Assembly (NCBI GenBank): GCA_964016885.1
Contig: OZ024741.1
Location: forward strand, 288,920,001-288,984,000
Length of the DNA stretch: 64,000 nt
Direction: 5' to 3'
Origin: Eledone cirrhosa
Taxonomy: Eukaryota
Shown here: in pieces, positions 28,136 to 42,020 of the stretch
Layout of the letters: every line of letters starts with the position of its first letter
How positions within the stretch are numbered: the stretch's first letter is position 1
Translations under genes and position numbers: made by a program
Notes under the pieces: model-generated
Databases searched by the model: none
What the model saw: the letters and a program-made list of their open reading frames with translations, nothing else
Told to the model about the DNA's origin: nothing

Positions 28136-28515
28136 GTAGACTTATGTGTAGCTGAATATTCCAGATAAGGAGATCTAGTCCATGTTACTTCGGAGTGTCC
28201 ATTCGTTTAATCGAACTAACAACGGGTGTTCTACGTAGTTTCTCGAACTGCTAGAATTAACAACCAAATATCCCTCAAATCACATGTAATAGGAAAGGAC
28301 ACGTTAGATAATGTTTCCTGCGCTCTTTGCTCACAGCAGGAAAACAAGATGAGATAGTCACACCTAGGATGCTTCTGCTCATAGTTCTGCATGACAAGGG
28401 CTGACGCGGTGCTAAACAGCCAACAAGAGCAACAATAACGACAAACACGCAAAGACCTCTTTACTTCAATGAAGGGACTTGTAAACAGTGAATGCCTGTT
28501 ATTATAAGTAGGGTA

Positions 28516-28733
28516 AGGGCGGAGGATTAGCAGTATCGGTAGCACGTCGGACACAATGCTTTGCAGCATAGAGTTACGGCCCTTTACGGTCTCAGTTCAA
28601 ATCCCGCCGAGGTTAACTTTGCCTTTCATCCTTACGAGGTCGATAAAATAAAGCACCAGTAATGCACTGGGGTCGATTTAATCGACTTTACCCGCCCCTT
28701 CAAATTGTTGGCCTTCTGCATAAAATAGAAACA
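28516..28733 (+). mobile_element. Full-length tRNA-derived SINE
   Basis: A/B-box-like head and Meta-like core. 15-bp TSD attataagtagggta at 28501-28515 and 28734-28748. Confidence 0.9.
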
Positions 28734-29119
28734 ATTATAAGTAGGGTAGTTTCTATATTATCTAGAAACACTAATGTACGTTTACTGTACAAGAAACAGA
28801 TTTTAGATTCATTCTCTCTTATATACACATATATACACCAGGTCCGAGCATAAAAGAACCAAACTCCCGCTATCACTGCCTCCGTCTCTCTCTAACTCAC
28901 CATCTCTCACTATTGTGAGCAAATGGGGACCCACGCGCTGCCCCTCCCCCCATGGCCCCGGTGGACTGGCCGCCCCAGGTAGATGGGGAGGTTAACGAGT
29001 CTTATTACCCACAAGGGATGAGTATCTCAATTGACACTAGTAGGAATTGAACTCAGTACGTCAAGATCTAGCCGGCTGTAATTTTTTTAAAAGGATCAGG
29101 ACATAGAAATGTTTAATTA

Positions 29120-29300
29120 ATGCCCAGTGTATTTCTGGGGAAAAGACGATCCATTATATCGACTCTAATAGTTTACTGGTATTTTATTTTACTCACTCCA
29201 GAAGAATGACTAACAAAGTTAAACTCGGCAGGATTTGACCGTAAAAGACCGTAATTATATGCCGCAAAGCATTTTGTTGACCCCTCTAATGATTCTGCCA
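29120..29300 (-). mobile_element. Old diverged SINE copy
   Basis: Reverse complement retains ttggcagaatc, gtcaaatcctgccgagtttaactttg and aaataccagta. Confidence 0.55.
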
Positions 29301-29572
29301 ACCCGACACCCTAAGGGCAGATAACAATGCTTGTATGCTTGTATGTATAAAACTGAAATTCCTGATGGCAATTTTGAACGTGGTGGAGTGCATCCTCTCT
29401 TCAGATCTGAAAATAACCGATAGCCTGTCACCATCATGTAGAGCTAATTTTTATTGTCCTGTCAGCCAGGCTGCTATTTATAGCGGCAGGGATTTTCGAC
29501 ACGTGCGATAATTCATATCGTACACAATTCATTCTCTAATATTTTTAGAAGTGAAAGGATCACTAATTTCTC

Positions 29573-29654
29573 AACAACTACTGAGGAGCAGAGAAACGTG
29601 AAAACTTCACTTAATAAGTCGTTGCGAAACAGTCTCCAACACTGTCTAGTTGTT
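29573..29654 (+). ncRNA. Type I hammerhead ribozyme with full monomeric helix III, family G
   Basis: aacaacta-CTGAGGA-gcag...ttgc-GAAA-cagt-ctccaac-actg-TC-tagttgtt. 8-bp helix I, 5-bp helix III, GUC. Confidence 0.85.
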
Positions 29655-29928
29655 ACCAGGCATTTTTGCCCAATATAGGTCTGTTATTTTTCTTAATTTT
29701 TCTTAATTTAATATTTAAGGTTAAGGATAACAAACTATATTGCTGCAGTTAGTATTTTTTCACCCTAGCAAATTTTAGTCCTTACGATTCGAACACATGT
29801 ATGTTTATATTAGTGTTCATCTCTCTTGTTTATTCAATTATATTACACGGCTCGGAAAAGCTTTTTTCTTAAAGCTATTTAATCGTAAGGGACTACCTGA
29901 GTTCTTAACTCAATATATATATATATAC

Positions 29929-29990
<62 letters not shown>

Positions 29991-30041
29991 ATATATATAT
30001 ACATATATTTATTTATATACCTTTACATATACATACATATA

Positions 30042-30093
<52 letters not shown>

Positions 30094-30604
30094 CAGACAT
30101 GCATAGATAAAAAGATGTAGAGAATGATTCAACCCTAATTATGGACTGGATAGGGCTTAGTGTCTCCCTCGCGTCATCAATACTGACCTGCACACCATCT
30201 TGGCCGAAAGACGTTGTCCAAAGTAATTTAATGGTTGCCTTCACCATTCTACTTCAGCGCACTGCGGTTGGCTGGCGAGAGAGGATCTTGGAAATGGTGG
30301 GCACGGAGAACCTGTTTGTTAGAGCAGAGACCGGAGTAGGCGTAGAGTCACCGCAGCGCAGTGTGGGCAGACTAAATCTTTAAGGTAGCTGAGTTGTTGG
30401 TCATCTATTCCGCCAACACTGCTCCCTGGGCAGGATCTCAGAGCAGCTGCCAGGTAGATGCGAAATTAAGTACTCGCAGGCACCCCTGTCCACTTTTATC
30501 CGATTTTATCAACTATTATTTGTAGTGATCGACTTTCATAATGTCGTTTTTTTCTGTTGGGTCTCACACCTTTCAAATTTCTAAATTGTATGTATGTATG
30601 TATG

Positions 30605-30669
<65 letters not shown>

Positions 30670-30671
<2 letters not shown>

Positions 30672-30883
30672 TGTTTCTACTTTAGGCACAAGGCCAGCAA
30701 TTTAAAGGGGAAGGGAGAGTCGATTAAATCGACCCCAGTACGTTGCTGGTACTTTATTTTATCGACTCCGTAAGGATGAAAGGCAAAGTTAACCTCGGCG
30801 GGATTTGAACTCAGAGCGTAAAGGGCCGTGAATGCTGCAAAGCATGGCGTCCGACCCTCTACCGATACTGCCAACCCGCCGCC
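30670..30883 (-). mobile_element. Full-length tRNA-derived SINE
   Basis: Reverse complement aligns with 28516-28733 along its length. Confidence 0.9.
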
Positions 30884-31043
30884 GTGCTTGTTAAATAATA
30901 TCACTGTGTGACTAGTCTATTCGCCATGGACAAGTTCGAATGTATCCCTATCGACTTTGTCTTTATGCTCGTCGTGTCTCTCTTATAACAGAGAACAGAA
31001 TTGGTTTGCAGGGTGTCCTTTTATAAACGTATATATATAAATG

Positions 31044-31505
<462 letters not shown>

Positions 31506-31509
<4 letters not shown>

Positions 31510-31623
31510 TCTGATATGCCCAGTTCCTTGTTGGGTTGTTAATTCACTGGGGAACTGGAGTCATATGACTCCAGTTCCCCAGTGAATTAACAACCCAACA
31601 AGGAACTGGGCATATCAGAGTAT
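31506..31623. repeat. Perfect 118-bp spacerless palindrome at the 5' end of an HHR-bearing element
   Basis: Centre cat|atg at 31564/31565. Arms are exact reverse complements. Confidence 0.95.
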
Positions 31624-31679
31624 TGACAATATCATACACCTAAACAACATATGTACTTGTCTATACCATACTAATTCAA

Positions 31680-31734
31680 ACTGCCTGAAGAGGTCACAGC
31701 CAAAGGTGGCTGTCACTGAAATATATATAGCAGT
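31680..31734 (+). ncRNA. Type I hammerhead ribozyme motif, family H
   Basis: actgc-CTGAAGA-ggtcacagccaaaggtggctgtcact-GAAA-tatata-TA-gcagt. Confidence 0.85.
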
Positions 31735-31880
31735 AATAAACGAAGCTAAATTTTAATCATTTGACTTTTATTTAACTTTATTTTACACTACTCCGGAGTA
31801 ACCAAACCAACCTGCGCACTTCGTCGAGTGCTCCAGCCTGCATACTGAGGTGTTGGTATACAACCAACATAAACTCAAAA

Positions 31881-31920
<40 letters not shown>

Positions 31921-32148
31921 CATGTTTCTGAATTTGTTTAGCAAGATTCTTTATCTGAAAACGTGTGTTGAAACCGATATTGTTATACTTTGGGAGGGTC
32001 ATGTTGCAATAAGAAATACACGCACCAGTTGCTTTCACTCGAATTTATTATAAATTAAAAAGTTTTTTGAAAATTTTTTTTAATTTATAATAAACCAACT
32101 GGTGCGTGTGTTTCTTATTGGTAACATGAGCCTACCAAAGTATAACAA
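31921..32148. mobile_element. Short family D copy with asymmetric inverted arms, no HHR retained
   Basis: Matches the reverse complement of 11515-11646, then re-inverts at about 32075-32148. Confidence 0.75.
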
Positions 32149-32208
32149 TATATATATATATATATATATAAATGGGGGTGTATGCATATATGTATGCATA
32201 TATATATA

Positions 32209-32271
<63 letters not shown>

Positions 32272-32295
32272 TATGTATATATATATATATATATT

Positions 32296-34979
32296 AGAAA
32301 GTGAGGTTTTTTTTACAAAATGAAAAATAACCGAGGTGTCCTACACGAGTGAAAGTATAAAGAAAAAGAGATGAAATCGAAAATGCAACTGAAGTCTTTT
32401 TTTTTTTTTAAATATATATATTTATTTGGTTCCTTTACCGGTTTCGCAGTTCTTCTGCTTTTCAAAAGGTGAGTTGAGATGGAGGGTCTGTGGCTTTTCT
32501 CACATCTGGTTGGTCTCTGAATGTTACTTGTTTTATATGGAAAAAGTGGCTCGAAATTCAAGGTTTTCGAGAAGTAATTTGATTGGTTTGTCAATAATTA
32601 TAATAAATTTCGCGCCAGTTCGCGTTACAATAGTTCATCAAATAAAAGAGGAGCGGGGGGTTGTCACAGGTTGTTTTTTCATATATGAGTGTTTGAATTT
32701 CTTTTTACTTGAAAAAAGGAGGCTCACGAAGGCTTTTTTGGGGTTGGTTATAAATGAAATTTGGCTGTCACGTGAACAAGTTTTTATTACATTTTTGCGC
32801 CCTTATTTGGAAAACTATTCTGTAGTCTTTATAGTGAATGTTATGACAATGGAGAGATAGTGGTCAAGAGAAAAGGGATTGGGAGAAATGTTCTGGTTCA
32901 GTGAATATGGCCAGCTCCCCGGGGTGTCAGAGTTCAGATTTTCTATTGAGACTGAAGATATGTATGTTTATTTGTGTGCTTGTGTGTATGTGTGTGTGTG
33001 TGTATGTGTGTATTGGAAGATGATTCTATTAGTAGAGATGGGGGAGGGAGTTGTGTGTGTGTGTATATGGGTGTTATGTGTGTGTGTGCGAGTATGTTAA
33101 GATGGAGAGAATATATATTCTGTGTGTGTATATATATATGTGTAGGAAAGTGGTTCTATTAGTAGAAATGGGGAGGGAGTTGTAGGTGTGGGGGTTGTTA
33201 TGTGTGTGTATGGGTGTTATGTGTGTGGGAGTATGGTTAGCATGTTAAGATGAAGAGAATATATATATATATATATATTGTGTGTTTTGTTTATGCGTGT
33301 GTGTAGGAAAGTGATTCCTTTAGTAGGAATATTTTTGAATGAACATATTTTCCTTACTTTTTCGTGTTTGCTGTTGTATTGCCAGTGCAAACGTATGTTA
33401 AGGTTTATTTAGTTCGGGTTTTTATTTTCTAAAGTAGAAGGTGTTATGTGTGTGTGTGTATGTCATATTGTGGTGTTGACATAATGTATATTAAACCTTA
33501 TTTAATGTTAGTCTATATTTTAGAATAAACATATTTTCCTTATTTATTCGCATTTGTTCTGTTGTATTTTTAGCGCAAAGGTAAAATGGGAAGACTTGGA
33601 ATTTGGGTGTCTTATTACTTGCGCAAATGTTTAGATATGCACTTAGTGGTATCTGTCTCGTGGTTGGATCTCGTAATTGTTGGCGATGAACTGTCATTCT
33701 GTTTCTGAGTGTGAGTTTAGTTTGTCCTATATAATCTTCATTGCATCCTTTACATTTAATGGCATAAATTAGATTTTTTGATGAGCAAGTGAAGTGATTT
33801 TTTACAGTAAAATTTTGTCCTGATTTAAATGTATACGTGTTGCCTTCAATGAGGTGAGTGCAGGTTCCACAATTAGAGCGACCACATTTTTTGATACTTG
33901 GTTGTGGGTTTGTGGTAGGTAATTTGGCATTGGTGAGTAATGTTTTCAGTGATTTTGGTTGTCTTTTGCTTTTGATTATTTTGTGTGTTTCAAGGGCTTT
34001 TTTTCATTCTTGGGTTTTGTTTTAGTAGTGGGATGTTATTGTGAATAGTGTTGTAAGCTTCCGCATTTCTTGGGTTGTGTGTTGAGATATATGATAGAAT
34101 ATTGGACGTACCTTGAATTTGTTTCTGTTTCCGCAATTCATCAATGCCTATTGCTTTAGCCCTTTCTATTCCATTATTTATTAGTAATAGTGGGTACTCT
34201 CTCTCAAGTAGAATTTCCTTTAATTCTTGAAGTCTTTTATTTCGCGTTTCATAATTGGAGACAATTGTGCAAATTCTTCTTGCTAGGTTAAAAGGAATGT
34301 TCGTCTTCGTGTGCTTTGGATGGTTGGAGGTGAATAGCAGATATTGTTTGGAATCTGTTGGTTTGTAGTGTATGTCAGTTTCGATATTTGTCTTTTTTTG
34401 TGATTAAGATGTCCAGAAATGGGAGTTGATCCATATTCACTGAACCAGAACATTTCTCCCAATCCCTTTTCTCTTGACCACTATCTCTCCATTGTCATAA
34501 CATTCACTATAAAGACTACAGAAATTTTTCCAAATAAGGGCGCAAAAATGTAATAAAAACTTGTTCACGTGACAGCCAAATTTCATTTATAACCAACCAA
34601 AAAAAAGCCTTCGTGAGCCTCCTTTTTTCAAGTAAAAAGAAATTCAAACACTCATATATATGAAAAAACAACCTGTGACAACTCCCCCCTCTCTTATTTG
34701 AAGAACTATTGTAACGCGAACTGGCGCGAAATTTATTATAATTATTGACAAACCAATCAAATTACTTCTCGAAAACCTTGAATTTCGAGCCACTTTTTCC
34801 ATATAAAACAAGTAACATTCAGAGACCAACCAGATGTGAGAAAAGCCACAGACCCTCCATCTCAACTCACCTTTTTAAAAGCAGAAGAACTGCGAAACCG
34901 GTAAAGGAACCAAATAAATATATATATTTTTTTAAAAAATAAGACTTCAGTTGCATTTTCGATTTCATCTCTTTTTCTT

Positions 34980-34982
<3 letters not shown>
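32296..34982 (-). mobile_element. Penelope-like retroelement, 5'-truncated, with inverted pLTR-like copy at its 5' end
   Basis: About 32355-32910 is the reverse complement of 34431-34982. The interval holds a PLE RT-thumb/GIY-YIG remnant. (TA)n on both flanks. Confidence 0.9.
33491..34430 (-). pseudogene. PLE ORF C-terminus (RT end, linker, GIY-YIG endonuclease), frameshifted
   Basis: Minus translation: LPFLDILI / IETDIHYKPTDSKQYLLFTSNHPKH / KCGRSNCGTC / FTCSSKNLIYAIKCKGCNEDYIGQT..RMTVHRQQ. Confidence 0.9.
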
Positions 34983-35066
<84 letters not shown>

Positions 35067-35088
35067 ATGTATGTGTATGTATGTGTGC

Positions 35089-35160
<72 letters not shown>

Positions 35161-35203
35161 ATGTATGTGTGTGTATGTGTATATGTATATATATATATGT
35201 ATA

Positions 35204-35315
<112 letters not shown>

Positions 35316-35360
35316 TATATAGGTGTGTGTGTGTGTATGTGTGTATATATATATATATAT

Positions 35361-35647
<287 letters not shown>

Positions 35648-36103
35648 GTGTGTGTGTTTGGGTGCGTGTGCGTGTGTGTATGTGTCTGTTGACACCTGGA
35701 ATATAGCTTAAGAGAAACTTGAAGATAGGCACCCAATATTTTGAACTGGTCTATAGAATTCTCTAGGCTTTTGTCACTCTAACTAGAACTTTAAAGAATT
35801 AGCTTTTAAAGAATTTCCCTTTTCTTTAAATCCATCAACCATGACCGACCCCCAACGATCTTATAGACACCTGAAATATAGGCATTGTTAGCTTAAGAGA
35901 AACTTAAAAATAAGGAGTGGCACCCCATTCTGAACTTGTTTATAGAATTCTTTCTGCCTTTGTCACTCTAAATATAAATTATAACTTTAAAGAATTAGCC
36001 TTTAATGAATTCCCTTTTCTATCAACCAATGACCCATCCCACTCCCCACCCTCTCCTACCACCTGAAAAGACCTATAAATACCACATTTATTTTTGGATA
36101 GCC

Positions 36104-36154
36104 AGATTCCTGATGATTTCTAAAGAATGAAACAGTTCTAGTCCTGTTGAATCT
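36104..36154 (+). ncRNA. Type I hammerhead ribozyme motif, family A, with native upstream sequence
   Basis: agattc-CTGATGA-tttctaaagaat-GAAA-cagttctagtcctg-TT-gaatct. 6-bp helix I. Confidence 0.8.
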
Positions 36155-36166
36155 CATCTATATTAA

Positions 36167-36230
<64 letters not shown>

Positions 36231-36309
36231 AAAGTTATATTTAAATTGTTGGGTTAACAACGAGTAAATATTTATAACTGATATAAAAGCACTCAACAAG
36301 TATTTGGAG

Positions 36310-36354
<45 letters not shown>

Positions 36355-36472
36355 ATCCCGGGTTCAATCGGGGGTAAACCGCCAGGAAAGCCCTTTCTTG
36401 ATGGTTTCCTTTGAATGAGGCAGTTCTAGTCCTGTAGAAGCCATTTCTGTCTCTCTCTCTCTTTCTTCTCCT

Positions 36473-36512
<40 letters not shown>

Positions 36513-36549
36513 TCTCTCTAAATATATATAAGTGCAATAACTCCAATAG

Positions 36550-36609
<60 letters not shown>

Positions 36610-36964
36610 AGAACGGCCATCCAAATAGTATTTTTTTTTGTGAGGGCTGCCGTATTTTCCGTGGCAAACATTTGCGCCGAAGATGTGTGTCGTCAGTTCC
36701 AAAAAGTGTGGTTGGTCCTACACAAGCCTTCACCACTTAAAACAAAACTGTGTGTGGGTAGTTCAACATCAGTTCACTTTCTCACATTTCCAACTTTTGT
36801 TGGACACTCGATGGATATCGACGGGAGAGTCCATCAGCAATATCATCATCATCATCATCATCATATATATATATAAATATAAACAGGTTCTTTTTAGCCA
36901 AAGTGCGAATACATCTCTCTACCTCTCTATAGTACCTTGTAAGATCAACAGAAGTTCATATATA

Positions 36965-37176
36965 CGAAGGTCGGCTGAAAACGTCATAGGCTGAAAAGGT
37001 CATATGCTGACCAAGAACCTCTCATGGAATGACCAAATGAGGTTTATTTTTCAAGATAGTCTCTGGAAAGAAACAATGCAGTTATTAATAAGAAGAGTTG
37101 AAATGAATGCATGCAAGATTTCACAGCTTTAGCATGACTACTTCGGTCAGACTATGAATCTTTCAGCCGACCCTCG
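36965..37176. mobile_element. Tc1/mariner-type MITE
   Basis: TA-cga(a/g)ggtcggctgaaa ... tttcagccgaccctcg-TA terminal inverted repeats with TA TSD. Confidence 0.75.
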
Positions 37177-37581
37177 TATATATATATATATATATTTTTT
37201 TTCTTTCTAATTTCCTAGTATTCTACTCTAACCATAATTTTCAGTAGTACCACCCTACATAAATTCCTCAATTTAAGATTGACCTGTAGTGTCGAATTTC
37301 ATACTATAAACCCCAATTGAATATATATCTGACCAGGAATGCTTTTTGTGAAAATCAGTCATATGGAACTATTGTCATCTTGCCTGATGGTTTGAACTTT
37401 ACAACACCACCTGCCTCTTTGAGGTCAAATATCAATGCTACTAGCATCTACAAACTGACCAATGAGAATTAAGATTATTCCTGCTGACAACATTAAATTA
37501 TTCCTAACAAGCTCATATGTCCCACGACTCTGATACCATCAACACTATAAACACAGAGCTGGCATATCTAAGAACTGACTA

Positions 37582-37637
37582 ACTGCCTGATGAGGTCATA
37601 GCCACTCAATGGCTATCATCGAAATATATATAGCAGT
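37582..37637 (+). ncRNA. Type I hammerhead ribozyme motif, family H
   Basis: actgc-CTGATGA-ggtcatagccactcaatggctatcatc-GAAA-tatata-TA-gcagt. Confidence 0.85.
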
Positions 37638-37678
37638 AAATAAAGGAGTATGAGTTCATGCAATTGACTTATGTTTCG

Positions 37679-37719
<41 letters not shown>

Positions 37720-38528
37720 ACATGTATGTATGTATGTATGTATGTATGTATGTATGTATGTATGTATGTATGTATGTATGTATGTATGTTCTTCTGGTTT
37801 TATAATTTCACAAAGTTTTACCAATAGAGAGAGAGAGTCAGTTTCTAACATAGACACAAGACTCTCTCATTGGAATTTACACAACATCAACTAGGTAGAA
37901 TATGTATGTATGCATGCATGTGTAGATATGGATGTTATTGTATGTGTGGATGTGTATGTTTTGAGTTGTATGTGTGCATGTGTATATGCTTTGTATCTGT
38001 ACATGTGTATATGCAGTTATTAGATGCAACATTTTTGGAATGTTTTACATAATTTTACTGTTCCATTAATGGATTGTACTTGTAATTTCCTAACTAGTTG
38101 TGTGTATGTATGTATGTATGTATGTATGTATGTATGCATGTATGTATGTATGTATGTATGTATGTATGTATGTATGTATGAATGAATGTGGGAGTGAAAG
38201 GCCCCCAGTTATTGTCACAACACCTTTCTAGGAGATGGAAACTCTGAAAAAAAACCTGCGGCTTCGGAAGCATCCGATGATGTTGACCAGTTCTCCTTTT
38301 CGGGTAGTGTTTTCGATGCTCAGAGAGTGAGATTGGTCGAGTGCAAGGCTTTTCCCCCAAAAAACATTCAAAGCACAGGTATTGCTTGTTCGAGATATGT
38401 TAGAGGTGTGTGTGCCTGGTCGTAGCCTAAAAGTGCACCAAACTTTATAATCCTCCAAGAAATTGCAATACTCTTAGCAGAGTTTGCAGTCATCATGTAT
38501 GTATGTGTGTTCGTGTGTGTTGTCTGTA

Positions 38529-38559
<31 letters not shown>

Positions 38560-38954
38560 ATGTGTATGTGTGCATGTGTTGTGTGTGTGTGATAGATATG
38601 CCTAACATCGACACAAAGCTACAGATTTTGAAGGAGAGCTAAACAATTGTTATATTGAGCTTCATTCAGTATATAACTCGTACATATTTCATTGATTCTG
38701 GTAAAAAAAAATATGAAAAAAAAAAAATATATATATACGCTGTTGATGTGCTTCGAACTCAAAATATAAAGTATCAAAGGTATAAAGGAAACACTATTCA
38801 GTAGACTCTGTAACGTTTCCGCCATGCTGTCCAACAACAGGCGACACAAATATATTAATATTTGAGATTTAATAAAAATAAACAAAGCGTTGGTTTTTCA
38901 GCAGACGTTATGGAACAATAATCTCTTTATATAAATATTTCCTTTTTGATTTAG

Positions 38955-39018
<64 letters not shown>

Positions 39019-39044
39019 CTCTCTCTCTCCTCCGCTCTCCGCTC

Positions 39045-39570
39045 TCTCTACTTGCCTCTGTCTGTATATATTCTCTCTACCGTCATCTCTCTCCACCCCT
39101 CTCCCCATCCCACTCCCCCTCTCTCTACTTGTCTCTGTCTGTATATATTCTCTCTATCGTCATCTCTCTCCACCCCTCTCCCCTCTCTCTCTCTTCCTAT
39201 CCCACTCCCCCTCTCTCTCTCCATCCCTCTCCCCCCTCTCTCTACTTGTCTCTGTCTGTATATATTCTCTCTATCGTCATCTCTCTCCACCCCTCTCCCC
39301 TCTCTCTCTCTTCCTATCCCACTCCCCCTCTCTTTCTCTCCACCCCTCTCGCCCACTCTCTCTATTTGCCTCTGTATATATTCACTCTATCGTCATCTCC
39401 CCCTCCCCCCTCTCCCCCTCTCTCTACTTGCCTCTGTCTGTAAATATTCTCTCTATCGTCATCTCTCCCCCCTCTCCTCTCTATCTCCCCCCATCCTACT
39501 CCCTCCTCTCTCCCCACCCTCTCCCCCTCTCTCTACTGGCCTCTGTCTGTATACATTCTTCTCTCCATCG
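39045..39570. repeat. CT-rich minisatellite with variable unit of about 80-115 bp
   Basis: ctctctacttg(c/t)ctctgtctgtatatattctctcta(t/c)cgtcatct recurs about six times. Confidence 0.8.
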
Positions 39571-40089
39571 TCATCTATTTCTCTCTTGTTCCTTCTCTAT
39601 CTACACATAACCATCTAGGTGGGGTGGTGGGGTGGTGATGGTGGAGATTGCGGTAGAAATAGAACCGGTAGGGATAGTGGTAGTCATAGCCATGGTAGTC
39701 TTGATGTTGTTGTTGGTGGTGGTGGTGGTGGTGGTGGTGATGGAGGTGATATTGATAATGATAGTTGTGGTGGTGTTGATGGAAGTGATGATGGGGGGGG
39801 GGATATTGATGGTGATAGTTGTGGTGGTGGTGGTGGTGATATTGATAATGATAGTTGTGGTGGTGATGGGGGTGATATTGATTGTGATAGTTGTGGTGGT
39901 GGTGGTGGTGGTGGCAGTGGTGGTGGCAGTGGTGGTGGCAGTGGTGGTGGTGGTGGTGCTACATTTCGGATTTGTCTTTATATATTTGACAATTTGACAA
40001 ATCTCCCCCGAGAATTGATCTAATTATGTGTAATAACTATATGTACGTATGTCAGTATATATATCAATATATATATATATATATTGATA

Positions 40090-40274
<185 letters not shown>

Positions 40275-40319
40275 ATATATATATATATATATTGATATAT
40301 ATATATTTATATATATATA

Positions 40320-40376
<57 letters not shown>

Positions 40377-40389
40377 ATATATATATATT

Positions 40390-40453
<64 letters not shown>

Positions 40454-40506
40454 AATATATATATATATATATCAATATATATATATATCAATATATATAT
40501 ATATTG

Positions 40507-40537
<31 letters not shown>

Positions 40538-40543
40538 TATAAC

Positions 40544-40619
<76 letters not shown>

Positions 40620-40831
40620 CTGTTTTATTTTTACCATGTATTCAAAGCTATTTATTTCTCTGTCAGATTAATAACACCAAATGCGTTGCTGGCTTTGGAT
40701 GTTGTTGTTGTTGTTGTTGGTATCGTAATTGTTTCCTATATTCATTATATCCAACACCCCTTTGTCCTCTCTATTGTTGTCACCGTTATTTCTGTTTTCC
40801 CTCTCTCATTCTCCTTCATCTACATTTCCCA

Positions 40832-40938
<107 letters not shown>

Positions 40939-41154
40939 GTGTGTGTGTGTTTGTTAGATATATATATATATACATATATATATATACATATGTACATCTG
41001 TACATATGTACATATATACATATGTACATATATACATATATATTTGTGTGTGAGTGAGTGCAGTGTTAGGAATGACGTAGTTACACACAGTATGCTTCGG
41101 GCAATTTAAACTTAGCGGAGCCAATCCTTCTCAGGTCTGAATACAACCGAATTC

Positions 41155-41428
41155 TTCCAGAGAACGAGGCTGGGAGAATGAGAGGGAAAAAAATGGGAAA
41201 GAAATAAAGAGGAAAAATCGACGGAAGTTGACTTTGAAGAGATTTGAATTCAGAGAACGCATATATATATATATATATATATAGCGTCGTTAAAACGTTT
41301 GCGGTAGTCGTTCGGGGCCTTCTGCGTTCTCTGAATTCAAATCTCTCCGAAGTCAACTTAGGTCGATTTTTCCTCTTTATTCCTTTCCCATTTTTTTTCT
41401 CTCATTCTCCCAGCCTCGTTCTCTGGAA
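41155..41428. repeat. Inverted repeat with about 105-bp arms and (TA)n in the loop
   Basis: 41155-41261 versus 41323-41428 are imperfect reverse complements. Confidence 0.8.
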
Positions 41429-41794
41429 CGATGTACTAGTTTCCGTACTAAGAGTGAGAAATGAAATTTCGTTTCATTTTTTCCATTCATCGTTTTCGGT
41501 GCGCCCGGCCGATTAACTCACTCGATATGCAAATTAGGCTGCTCAGCCGTTAATATGTATAAGGAAAATATATACTTTCAGATGTTCAATCATCTGGCAG
41601 GAAGGTATACGGTGCTGACGATAGCTAATAAGCTTGAAACTAGTACATCGTTCCTTTGTCAGTGTTGAACAAAAGGGCAATGATGGTTGCAATGATGTAC
41701 GGCTTAATTCGGGATGTTTATTTACAAACAAACCGAGCATTATAATAAATGTTCGGTAAATCCCTACGTACATATATATATATGTGTGTGCGGT

Positions 41795-42020
41795 ATAAAC
41801 CACCGTTGAGGTAGGGTAGGTTCTTATGGATTTCATTAAGTAGGTATAGGCCCACCAAATCGGTGACCTGCGCCGAGTCACTAGATCCCATGGTTATGTC
41901 GAAGTTGTTATGCGTATTCTTGCGGGTCCATAATTGTTCTTCAAATGAAATTATGGTTTTTCGAGCCGCAAGTATGACATCAATTTGGGATCTAGTCAGG
42001 TCACTATTGTTCATGGCCAC
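41795..42020 (-). pseudogene. Penelope-like reverse transcriptase fragment (GLYRDD-type), interrupted just before DD
   Basis: FDITMGSSDSAQVTDLVGLYLL..GGLYR resembles RT motifs 4-5 of invertebrate PLEs. Clade not assigned with certainty. Confidence 0.7.

Noticed and set aside
27388-28155. 255-aa ORF with poly-K/E
   Set aside because: Extended by the (AAG)n microsatellite, starts at GTG, and has no recognisable domain.
36395-36442. Family A HHR relic (TTGATGG...GAGG)
   Set aside because: Multiple core substitutions. Treated as a dead repeat copy, not a ribozyme.
41528-41535. Octamer ATGCAAAT
   Set aside because: A single 8-mer with no adjacent snRNA-like sequence is expected by chance in AT-rich DNA.
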